The notes below the pieces were generated by a model that did no database searches, was not told the origin of the DNA, and saw only the letters and a list, made by a program, of their open reading frames with translations. This document shows, piece by piece, positions 56,236 through 64,000 of a stretch of 64,000 nt of DNA (the stretch's first letter is position 1; every line of letters begins with the position of its first letter). The stretch is taken from NCBI GenBank assembly GCA_050736615.1, contig JBOHWL010000192.1, forward strand, positions 1,865 through 65,864, in the 5' to 3' direction. The translations under genes were made by a program, and so were the position numbers. This DNA comes from Candidatus Binataceae bacterium. Lineage in GTDB: Bacteria; Desulfobacterota; Binatia; Binatales; Binataceae.

Positions 56236-57054
56236 ATGTTTGAGGAGGCCCTCGTGAACTCGTTCAATTCCAGGCAGGCACGCTCGGGCTACTATCTATC
56301 CGACAGGCCAGTGGGGTCTGGCGTCTTTAGTAGCCAAGCCAAACGCACGCTAAATGTCGAACCCCCGGCGGCAATTGTAAAGACGCGCCGCAGCATGCTT
56401 GCGCTGGGCTTACCCGAGCGAGTTGCGGACGAACTGTTAGATCATCATTCGGAACTCACTTACGCTAAGGGGTCGATCGTCTTTCACCACGGGACGCCTG
56501 CGGAGTTGTTGTTTTGGGTCTATCGCGGCTTTGTCGATATCACTTTGCCCGCTGGCGGCGGCAATCAGGTAATCACGCGCCTGGTTGGTCCGGGCGAGAT
56601 CTTCGGTCACAACGATATTATCGACGATGAAGGCCGCCGCGTGCAGGTATTCGAAGCTCAGGCGCGCACCAATTGCCAGCTTGGGATGGTCACGCGCGAA
56701 CGCGTCATGCAGTTGCTGGCAACGTGTGACAAGCAGGATTTGTTGAACTTGCTGGCCAATCTCAACACTTTATCGAGCCAGTACATCCGGCAAGCTATCG
56801 AATTCGTCGGCATGAATTATCGCGAGCGGCTCGAAACCGTGCTGAAGGACCTTGCCGAGCGCTTCGGCATAGCGGATGCGGACGGGGTCACTCTTATACC
56901 CGAGTTTGCGCAAGAGGATTTCACCAAGCTTATCGGATGCTCGCGTCCGATGGTCAACCGCATGTTGGCGGAAATGAGTGTCGAAGGCTTGATCGCCCAT
57001 TCCGGCAAACGTTACACGCTGCTCAATTCCAAAAAGCAAAGCCAGGCAAGTTGA
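56236..57054 (+). CDS. Crp/Fnr-family transcriptional regulator (paralog of 54197..55018)
   Basis: Same domain order. Its HTH EDFTKLIGCSRPMVNRMLAEM is clearly similar to that of the other copy. Confidence 0.8.
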   Translation: MFEEALVNSFNSRQARSGYYLSDRPVGSGVFSSQAKRTLNVEPPAAIVKTRRSMLALGLPERVADELLDHHSELTYAKGSIVFHHGTPAELLFWVYRGFVDITLPAGGGNQVITRLVGPGEIFGHNDIIDDEGRRVQVFEAQARTNCQLGMVTRERVMQLLATCDKQDLLNLLANLNTLSSQYIRQAIEFVGMNYRERLETVLKDLAERFGIADADGVTLIPEFAQEDFTKLIGCSRPMVNRMLAEMSVEGLIAHSGKRYTLLNSKKQSQAS

Positions 57055-57121
57055 TATGCGGGCTGGCGGCTGACCACGACAATCTACGTGGGCGCGTCAC
57101 AGGGCGGGCCGATTGGCTCAG

Positions 57122-57739
57122 CTAGAGCCCGCCGATGTCGTCGAGTCCGGAGATATACGAGATTACGCCCGCGAATTGCTCAGGAATGGCCGGGTCTTCC
57201 TTGTTCGCGTACAAATCGTACTCGGGGGCCACGATTTGGATTTTGAAGGCCCGCTCCGCTTGAGCGATCGTACCTTTGAACCTGATGTAGTCCGAATTGC
57301 TGCCATAGGCGTGGTCGAGGATGGTGAAGCCTTGCCCTTGCAACCATTGCTCAACCGCTTCGAATTGGCCGTGTGTCTCGCCGAATTTCGCGTGCATCGC
57401 CGCCGGGGTTAACCAATGCTGATATTCCGGTGATTTCGGGTCTGAAATTTCGTTCATGAGCTGATCGAACTGCCGCTTATTGCGCATCGCGAAGTGAAGT
57501 TCCATCTGGATCACGCGATGCGACGGCGCGGCGTGATCGTAACTCAAGTCCGCATTGGTCGGATGTTGCCCGCTAAGACGTGCGACCGGTGGCTGATTGC
57601 CCGCGCCAGCACCGATTGTGCCGGCGCAGCCAAAAGCGCTCATGGTCATCCCGACTATGCATGCCGCCAGCAGCGCGGCTCGCCAACCGCGCCATCCATT
57701 AACCGCATCGTTTTTGATCAAGTGCGCAAGTCTGACCAT
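57122..57739 (-). pseudogene. sedolisin (peptidase S53) pro-domain-only ORF
   Basis: Signal peptide/lipobox (FGCAG) followed by a pro-kumamolisin activation-domain-like region. Translation ends where the catalytic domain should begin, and the downstream space is occupied by the Crp gene. Confidence 0.5.
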
Positions 57740-57944
57740 TTCAACCCAACTCGTAGGCTCGCCTGCTTGGCTCCGCTTCACTCCCGCTGCACTGAGTGAT
57801 GTTGAACTAGCCCCGCGGCGCCGCGCACGCAAGCCACTTTTCCGCAGGCCGTCGCTGGCCCCACGTTTTTGATTGCATGCGTTGCAGGCGCGGCCCTGCG
57901 ATATCAGAGTGGGAAGACACGGCTGCGGATGCGGTCAGCGTCAG

Positions 57945-58625
57945 CTATTTCTTCCCCGCGGCAACCAGTTGCGGAAGGTCATGCTGAAGCATCAGGCCAA
58001 TCCGGTCGATACAGAGATCGGCAGGCGGATACTTGGCGACCTCTTGAGCGTCGAGCGCGTAATGGCCCTGGCGGGGGAACACGGTGGTCACACGATTGGC
58101 CCACGCCCGCTTGAACGCGCTCAGAATGCGGACCTTATCGTCGACCAGCACGTAATGGTTCGCCGGGTAACGCGCGGCGATATCGTCGAGCTCGGTTTCC
58201 TTGTGGATATAAATGAGGACGTTCTGTTCGGCGGCCTCGCCCAAGCCCGAGCGTTCCACCTTGAGCGGCTGAAACACCACATCGCCGTCGCTTAGGATGA
58301 CCGGGCGGCCAAATTTGCGCGCGCGTTCCAGCACGTCGAGCGATTCCGGAAACAGCCGGTTGGCAAACGGGTAGCCGATCAGGAAATGAGAAACCGCAAG
58401 GATATGGAAATCGCGCGGATTCTCAACCCGATAACGTTGCAACGCGCCGAGGTAATCCGCATAGCCGAGTTCGCCACGCAAGCTCTCGAAAATTTCCCAG
58501 TAACGCCGCTGGCGCTGCTGCCCGATCGCGTCCTCGAGATGACGCATCAAGTCCGCGACCACGCGATCGTTATCGAGCAACGTGTTATCGACATCGAAAA
58601 AAAACACCACCTCGTCTTGACCCAT
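57945..58625 (-). CDS. HAD-superfamily hydrolase
   Basis: FFFDVDNTL motif I and the downstream SDGD/DD motifs. Confidence 0.75.
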   Translation of the reverse strand: MGQDEVVFFFDVDNTLLDNDRVVADLMRHLEDAIGQQRQRRYWEIFESLRGELGYADYLGALQRYRVENPRDFHILAVSHFLIGYPFANRLFPESLDVLERARKFGRPVILSDGDVVFQPLKVERSGLGEAAEQNVLIYIHKETELDDIAARYPANHYVLVDDKVRILSAFKRAWANRVTTVFPRQGHYALDAQEVAKYPPADLCIDRIGLMLQHDLPQLVAAGKK

Positions 58626-58754
58626 CCGCGCACCAACTTGCCTATTAAGATCGCAACGCTATTATCAATTGTGCGCGCGGAACACTCAAACCATTTCGAT
58701 CCGCTTGTCGTCGCAGTCCGCGCCTGAATCGGGAGCTGACGAGTCTCCGGAATG

Positions 58755-58798
58755 ACAAAAAGAAAGCAGGCTGCGGAGAATGTTCCTCCGCAGCCTGC
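58755..58798 (-). terminator. Rho-independent terminator downstream of 58871..60751
   Basis: 13-bp perfect stem gcaggctgcggag/ctccgcagcctgc with a 7-nt loop. On the minus strand it is followed by TTTCTTTTTGT. Confidence 0.6.
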
Positions 58799-58870
58799 GG
58801 CAATAGTCGACTCCTCAATCCGGCTTCTAGCCGCTCAAGTTTGCAACTTTCAGAGCGAATTCATGGCACA

Positions 58871-60751
58871 TCACAATAGCTCGAAATTGTACTGAAACTG
58901 AGCGGTCAGCAGGCTTTCTCCCTTAAATAGACCGGTATTCGCCTCACGATCCCCGCCGAGTACCTCGATCGCCTGCAGCTTCAGAAAGTATTTGGTGGTC
59001 CACGGCGGCGTCAGCAGAAGCGACGGAAACAATGCGAAGGTGGTTCCCTTTGGATTGTAAATCATGGTCCAGGTCGGCGCGACCACTTGCCACCACCACG
59101 AGGTCCCGACGTTAAACAGCACGTTTACATCATTTTTGAGTTGGTGCTCGTTTAAATCGTTGCCCGTATAGGACGTTTTCGAGTTGTCCAGGAGAGTCTC
59201 CGTGAACACCTCGACGTTCGCCGTTAAATTGCCGGTGGACGTGAGCCAGGGCGCGTAGGCCTGGTCAAGATCGATGGCGGCCATCCATTTGACCACGTCG
59301 GACCAGCGCTGCCCCGTCATACTTGCGAAGGCATTATCTTCAAAGGATTGGTGGTTGGTGTAAAGTGCTTCGCCCCGGAACACCGCGGGAAAATGCATGG
59401 CCACCGATTCCGGCAAAGGCAGTTGCCGGTCCATCGTAAAGCCCGCCTCCTGAAAATCATAGAATGAATAATTCCACAGGCTGGTGAAGGGCGTCCATTT
59501 CAAGCTCCACGGCGCGCCGCCGCTGACGTTGTCGTTGTAGTAGAGAAAAGTAAACTCGGTTGAACCATAGAGACTGTGGAAGCGAACGCCTTCGTTCCAG
59601 TTCTGCGGTTGCATCCCGGGCACATGCCAATATCCGGTATCGACGATTGAGGTGTCGCCGATCGGCGAGTTTGGATTGTTGAATTTACGCAACGCCAGGT
59701 TGCAATGCGGCCGAAAGCTTTTCGGATAGGGATTGAACCCACGCTGCACCGTGGCTGGCAAGCAGATAAAGATTTCCCGGGACGCGGGCGGCGCGGTGAG
59801 ACCGGCGCCCATGGGACCGTACGGTCCGGGCCCCGACGGCGCGTCGGCGCCAAAGACCGCGCGATTGTCATAGTGAACGTCGAATCGTGCGCTCGGACCA
59901 TGGCTGGCGGCTGGGAAACACGGATCCACGCGCCCCGCCGTAAGATTCGCGCGATATTTGCGGTATGGGTCGCCGGTCTGCTCCGGCCAATAGACCGGCG
60001 CGAAGCCCGGCTCCAAGACGAGCTCAATAAAATTCGCGCTGAAGTTGCCTACTTCGGGAAGGCTGAGGATGGGATGAATCATCCATTGTGGATCACGCGA
60101 CTGCTCGAGGTTCGCGAAGCCGAATGCCCAGCACGAGTCAGTCGGGTTGATCACATCGCCCACGCGAAACGCAATTGACTGACCCCATACCACGATCTGA
60201 TTGCCGATATACGTATTGAGCGGACCCCATTTGTTCTCCCACCAGGCGTCACGCACCTGGTAGTTGTTATAGTAGTCGTTCATGCGGGAGCCGAAACTGA
60301 AGCCCTTCGTGTAGGATTTGTTATTGGCGCTGTTGAATGAGTAGGGCGGTTCATAAACAAACCACTCGCGCATGAAAAAAGTATTGTTGTCGTTCAGCCG
60401 GTAATTCTCGTCAACTTGAAGCAGCGTGCGCGAGACCGCCAGATTGTTGCGGCTGGGCGTAAAATCTCTCAGGGCGGTCGGATTCTGCCACATCCCAAAG
60501 GTCTGACTCAAATAGCCCGACACATGCAGTCCGCTCAACCATCCGCCCTCCGATCCAGTTGGGCTCGAAGCGGTCGGAATCTGCGGTAGGAGCGAACTTG
60601 TCGCTCCGGTGACGTGAAGAGTATCGGCGGGTTGTGAAAGGCCTCCGGCGTAAACCGTTGTCAAACCCGCCATCAGCAAAGCGGTAGTGGCGACGAGCAG
60701 CCCGGCGCACGCGCACCGGTATCGATTCGTTGCGCAGATCTTGAACCCCAT
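58871..60751 (-). CDS. secreted outer-membrane beta-barrel-like protein (DUF1302-like)
   Basis: N-terminal signal peptide. The 626-aa protein is rich in W/Y/N/G and has the C-terminal aromatic residues typical of OM proteins. Family assignment is tentative. Confidence 0.4.
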   Translation of the reverse strand: MGFKICATNRYRCACAGLLVATTALLMAGLTTVYAGGLSQPADTLHVTGATSSLLPQIPTASSPTGSEGGWLSGLHVSGYLSQTFGMWQNPTALRDFTPSRNNLAVSRTLLQVDENYRLNDNNTFFMREWFVYEPPYSFNSANNKSYTKGFSFGSRMNDYYNNYQVRDAWWENKWGPLNTYIGNQIVVWGQSIAFRVGDVINPTDSCWAFGFANLEQSRDPQWMIHPILSLPEVGNFSANFIELVLEPGFAPVYWPEQTGDPYRKYRANLTAGRVDPCFPAASHGPSARFDVHYDNRAVFGADAPSGPGPYGPMGAGLTAPPASREIFICLPATVQRGFNPYPKSFRPHCNLALRKFNNPNSPIGDTSIVDTGYWHVPGMQPQNWNEGVRFHSLYGSTEFTFLYYNDNVSGGAPWSLKWTPFTSLWNYSFYDFQEAGFTMDRQLPLPESVAMHFPAVFRGEALYTNHQSFEDNAFASMTGQRWSDVVKWMAAIDLDQAYAPWLTSTGNLTANVEVFTETLLDNSKTSYTGNDLNEHQLKNDVNVLFNVGTSWWWQVVAPTWTMIYNPKGTTFALFPSLLLTPPWTTKYFLKLQAIEVLGGDREANTGLFKGESLLTAQFQYNFELL

Positions 60752-61034
60752 ACGTATTTCCCCCGAAAGCCTGGCCCTTCCCCGTGGGCTTGCCTTCTGC
60801 CTTTGCCGTCATTGCAACGGCGCGTAAACGGGTCCCTGATATTTCTGCTGCAATTCGAGGCGGATAACAGAGAGCTTGCGCACCTCCTTAGCGCACCTTC
60901 GGACTACGCGGTGTGACAGACTGTTTAATTTCCCTTATAGAACATGGAACGGAAAGCGCAAGAGAGACGGGCGCTGCATTTGTAATTTTTTGTCGCTGAC
61001 AGGCCTACCCGCTGGAAAGAAAGCACCTTTGATA

Positions 61035-61523
61035 TCAATCAATTTGCCATGATAAATTCTGGCGCGCACGTTCGCGGCTGGCCGGCGGCCAGACCTTGCC
61101 GATGTTATAGAAAGTTTCAAAAGCGGGCGTATCCTGTGGCAGTTCCAGCCATGGCAATTTGCTGCGCGTGAAAATATGCACGTCGGGCCGCACCACCGAC
61201 GGATCGTCGAGTGTTCCGGCGCGGACAAACAGCGCGTCGCCGGGAGCGCCGTGATAATGGCTCCAAAGATAGGTTCCGCATTCCCCGCAAAAGAACACGT
61301 CATGAGGCTTGCCGCCGCCTCCAGCCAGTCTGAACGATTTCGGCACGGCGCCTTTTGCCGCGACAAATTTCTTCTCAATCCAGAGATTAATTACGAAGGC
61401 GCCGCCGGTCATGCGCTGACAATCACGGCAGTGGCAGGCGTGGACAATCAACGGAGCGGCGTTCAATTTATAACGGATACGGCCGCATGCGCATCCGCCC
61501 TCGCGATCGTTCGAGTTACTCAT
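61035..61523 (-). CDS. GFA-family (glutathione-dependent formaldehyde-activating / CENP-V-like) protein
   Basis: CACGxIRY...C.C..C and FCGECGT zinc-binding cysteine pattern. The ORF maximum (to 61793) has an implausible Arg/Ser-rich leader, so the internal Met at 61523 was chosen. Confidence 0.7.
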   Translation of the reverse strand: MSNSNDREGGCACGRIRYKLNAAPLIVHACHCRDCQRMTGGAFVINLWIEKKFVAAKGAVPKSFRLAGGGGKPHDVFFCGECGTYLWSHYHGAPGDALFVRAGTLDDPSVVRPDVHIFTRSKLPWLELPQDTPAFETFYNIGKVWPPASRERARQNLSWQID

Positions 61524-61665
61524 CGTATCCCCCTGTGGAAAACTTTCAATCGGTCTCTTTTGGCGTCTGTCGGCGCGGGAAACTTGGGAAAAATTTGCTG
61601 TCGCCGCGGAAATTTGCTGACGATTCGCTGACGAGCGCACTCGCGCGCAAGGCGAATTACGGCGC

Positions 61666-61884
61666 GTGACGGGCGTGACGCCCCACCAATGGATTTTGCG
61701 AATGCGCCTGCGCGAGGCGGCGCGGAAACTCCGCTCGGGCCGCGAGCCGATCACTGAAATCGCTTTGGCTGTGGGCTTCGAGGATTTATCCAACTTCGTG
61801 CGCAGCTTTCATGAATTCGGGCTGGCGCCGAAACAATATCGCGCGACCGGTTCGTCCATTAGGGAACCTCTGCACAAGGAGTAA
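61666..61884 (+). pseudogene. C-terminal fragment of an AraC-family transcriptional regulator
   Basis: Only the second AraC HTH is present (ITEIALAVGFEDLSNFVRSFHEFGLAPKQYR), with no sensor domain or first helix. Its 3' end runs into the palindromic repeat. Confidence 0.6.
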
Positions 61885-62003
61885 GTCTGTCATTCTGAGC
61901 GCAGCGAAGAATCCCGGATCTCTTGATTTTGCCAGCGCTTTATCTGGATTCCTCACTTCGCAGACTCCGTTCAGAATGACAAGTGGGCTTGTGCAGAGGT
62001 TCC
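61863..62003. repeat. ~140-bp near-perfect palindromic element
   Basis: Left arm ggaacctctgcacaag..gtcattctgagcgcagcgaagaatcc and right arm ggattcctcacttcgcagactccgttcagaatgac..cttgtgcagaggttcc are reverse complements. Related units occur at ~11929..12200 and 62936..63008. Confidence 0.8.
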
Positions 62004-62005
62004 TT

Positions 62006-62172
62006 AGCAGGCCGTTGATAAATCACAGCCCGCACCCCCTCTCTTTCTCCCCCGCAAAAAGAGCGGGGGAGAAGCTTGAGGAAAAAAGCCGTTTTCACGC
62101 AGGGTGTTGAATACGCCCAGGCACCCAGTCGTAATGATCATGCCTTTTTCAACACCCTGTTAGATCATCCCT
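62006..62172 (+). repeat. ~165-bp palindromic MITE/REP-like element, copy B
   Basis: About 80% identical to 11761..11928. Carries the same nested hairpins ctctttctcccccgc-aaaaa-gagcggggga and gcagggtgttg..caacaccctg. Confidence 0.8.
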
Positions 62173-62244
62173 TTCGGCGCTTGTCGGCAAATCGGCCCCG
62201 CTAAGGCATTCTTGCCATAACCTTAACGTGTGAACGGTGGCATC

Positions 62245-62883
62245 ATGGCGGATGAAATCGGACTGTTAGAGGCGATTCATACGATGCGGGCGATGCGGCG
62301 GCTCAAGCCCGACCCTGTCCCCGATGAACTGATTCGCAAGATCATCGAAGCCGGGACCTGCGCACCCAGCGGCGACGTGCAGCACTGGCGCTTTATCGTC
62401 GTCAAGAATGCCGAGACCAAGCGGCAGATCCAGATGCGTTATCGGCGAGCGCTCGATCAATTGATGCCGCGATATAAAAAAGCCTCGCCGCCGCCCGGCA
62501 AGACCGTTGCGCAAAAGGAGCGGATGCTAGCGGCGGTCGAATACCTCACCAATCATCTGCACGAAGCCCCCGTGCTGATCGTAGGCTGCCTGGTGGGCGA
62601 TTTTTCGCGAACGGTCGGACTCGAAAAAATGTCCGGCGCGTCAATCTACCCGGCCGTGCAGAATATGCTCCTGGCGGCGCGTGCGCTGGGCCTGGGCGCC
62701 ACGCTCACCACCCGCCATCTGCTGTACGAAAAAGAAGTCAACGAAGTTTTGGGATTGCCGGCGAACGCCGAAAGCTTCGCGATTATTCCGATCGGTTATC
62801 CGATGGGCCGCTTTGGTCCGGTTTCACGCGAGCCGCTGGAGAAAGTGGCCTTCGCCGAACGTTGGGGACAACCTTGGCGCTAG
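62245..62883 (+). CDS. nitroreductase-family protein
   Basis: Nitroreductase fold motifs (RAMRRL, P..E....I.EAG..APSG...Q.W.F.VV) at ~212 aa from the internal Met. Confidence 0.8.
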   Translation: MADEIGLLEAIHTMRAMRRLKPDPVPDELIRKIIEAGTCAPSGDVQHWRFIVVKNAETKRQIQMRYRRALDQLMPRYKKASPPPGKTVAQKERMLAAVEYLTNHLHEAPVLIVGCLVGDFSRTVGLEKMSGASIYPAVQNMLLAARALGLGATLTTRHLLYEKEVNEVLGLPANAESFAIIPIGYPMGRFGPVSREPLEKVAFAERWGQPWR

Positions 62884-62935
62884 GCTAAGCACTGCATAGG
62901 CCCCTTTTTATCATTGCCGAACTGAGTGCGCCTAG

Positions 62936-63008
62936 AGGGAAAGGAATCCGGAAAAATCCTTGAAACGACGAAAAGATCCGGGATTCCTCGCTGCGCTCGG
63001 AATGACAG
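62936..63008. repeat. inverted partial copy of the palindromic element
   Basis: Its reverse complement (ctgtcattccgagcgcagcgaggaatcccggatc...) matches the left arm of 61863..62003 with 2 mismatches over ~38 bp. It is also homologous to 12085..12150. Confidence 0.75.
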
Positions 63009-63145
63009 CATCGATGTCTGTGCGGAAATTCCGCAGCTTTGTTTTTTCCGATTTTCATAAGCAAAAACGCCGGGCCGTCCGAGTTGCGGAGGCCCGGCGT
63101 TTGAAGCGCTGCGAAACGACAATTCGCAGCCGATCCGCTTGCCGA

Positions 63146-63946
63146 CTATTCGACGCAACCCGAGGGCGCCGCGCTGGTCGCGAAGTTGTTGCCATACCAT
63201 GCGTTCATTTGGCAATTGGCATCGGCTTTGTCTTTCACGCCATCGGAAGCCATCGCATTGTCCGCGATCCGATTATTGGTGCTGCCGCGACCAACCACAA
63301 TCCCGTACTTCTGCAGCGTGCGGCTCGAATTGAAGCCAAGATTGCCGCTCAGGAAGTTGTCATTACTGTGCGAGGCGCCGGCGCCGCAAGCACCGAAGGG
63401 CCGCTTCGCCGCACAGCCAAGATAAACTCCCGCCTCACTGTTCGCGCTCGCGTAGACTGACTGAATATCGTTCCCGGTGGTGCCGTCCAGCCATACGCCG
63501 TAGGTGCCATTATCAATCGCTTCGGAACTTGCCACCGTGTTGGCGCCGCCGCCCTCTATACGGAGACCGTCGCGCCCGTTGTTGTCGAAGGTACTTTGGC
63601 TGATTTCAACGCCACTGGCCCGGTCGAGCAATATCCCGCTTCGCCGGTTACCGCTCGCCTCGATCGAATCGATGGTGGTGTCGCGCGCGGCGGTCTTCAC
63701 GCCGACGGCGAAGCCGCTTACCGTGGCGTTACCGCTATTGCCATTGCCTTCGACGCCGACGTCGCTTGCGCCTCGAAATATGTTGACGCCGATTCCATTG
63801 CCGCCACCTTCGAGCGAATGGCCGTCGAGTTTCAACACGACATGGGCAGCACGGATATCGATACAATCGCCTGACCGCGTGGTCAGAGACTTTCCCACAG
63901 TATATTGGCCGGAGAATTCAATCGTCGCGCCGCACGCATCGATCAT
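63146..63946 (-). CDS. right-handed parallel beta-helix repeat protein (pectin-lyase-fold, NosD-like)
   Basis: Repeated GxxGxxxxN/D beta-helix rungs and a C-terminal Cys-rich tail. The N-terminus may extend beyond the chosen Met. Confidence 0.55.
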   Translation of the reverse strand: MIDACGATIEFSGQYTVGKSLTTRSGDCIDIRAAHVVLKLDGHSLEGGGNGIGVNIFRGASDVGVEGNGNSGNATVSGFAVGVKTAARDTTIDSIEASGNRRSGILLDRASGVEISQSTFDNNGRDGLRIEGGGANTVASSEAIDNGTYGVWLDGTTGNDIQSVYASANSEAGVYLGCAAKRPFGACGAGASHSNDNFLSGNLGFNSSRTLQKYGIVVGRGSTNNRIADNAMASDGVKDKADANCQMNAWYGNNFATSAAPSGCVE

Positions 63947-64000
63947 GTTTCTCGGAGCAGGGCCCGCGACGCTCTTCTTAGCTAAGAAGAATGATGCTAT

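Noticed and set aside
58750-58800. Considered whether the terminator hairpin downstream of the DUF1302-like gene belongs to the palindromic repeat family, since it shares ggaatgac and cagcctgc.
   Set aside because: Shared segments are only 8 nt each, with no extended homology. It was kept as an ordinary intrinsic terminator.
1-64000. Searched by eye for CRISPR arrays, tRNA/rRNA genes and integrase/transposase genes.
   Set aside because: There are no regularly spaced direct repeats, no tRNA-like cloverleaf candidates in intergenic spacers, and no recombinase-like ORFs. The repeats present are palindromic MITE/REP-like, not CRISPR.

Overview
This is a high-GC (~62-65%) bacterial chromosomal segment with dense, mostly non-overlapping coding. 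Taxon is not determinable from sequence alone; F420-type luciferase-like oxidoreductases, hopanoid-associated-like genes and a caa3/bc respiratory operon suggest a soil-type lineage.

Content from left to right:
(1) The 3' end of a gamma-glutamyltransferase.
(2) A membrane-glycoconjugate module: ArnT/PMT-like GT39, UPF0104/HpnL-like, B12-radical-SAM HpnJ-like, GT2 HpnI-like and an EamA-type transporter.
(3) Housekeeping and redox genes: CoA-transferase, two MetE-like single-domain proteins, two F420-dependent LLM oxidoreductases and inorganic pyrophosphatase.
(4) A six-gene respiratory operon (coxB-coxA-coxC-small subunit-Rieske-cytochrome b/c fusion), which looks like a bc-caa3 supercomplex.
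(5) An RND/MMPL exporter (HpnN-like), an OpgC-like protein and a Zn-ADH.
(6) A complete, compact type VI secretion system at ~27.1-52.3 kb: tssM-L-K-J, PAAR-like DUF4150, DUF3540, two pentapeptide-repeat proteins (one fused to DUF2169), vgrG, clpV, tssG-F-E, hcp, tssC-B and a divergent tssA. It also holds an unassigned 267-aa ORF and has no recognisable toxin domain.
(7) A right-hand ~12 kb that looks decayed or plastic: C-terminal fragment of a P-type ATPase, a CaCA antiporter, two divergent Crp/Fnr paralogs around an AT-rich ~0.86 kb non-coding region, a sedolisin pro-domain-only ORF, a HAD hydrolase, a DUF1302-like outer-membrane protein, a GFA-family protein, an AraC C-terminal fragment, a nitroreductase and a beta-helix protein.

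A family of palindromic MITE/REP-like repeats is present at three intergenic loci (~11.76-12.2 kb, ~61.86-62.17 kb, ~62.94-63.01 kb). At the right-hand locus they bracket the nitroreductase gene as inverted repeats.

No rRNA, tRNA or CRISPR array was seen. The most interesting item is the T6SS with its uncharacterised vgrG-proximal DUF2169/pentapeptide/DUF3540/DUF4150 module and the unassigned ORF.
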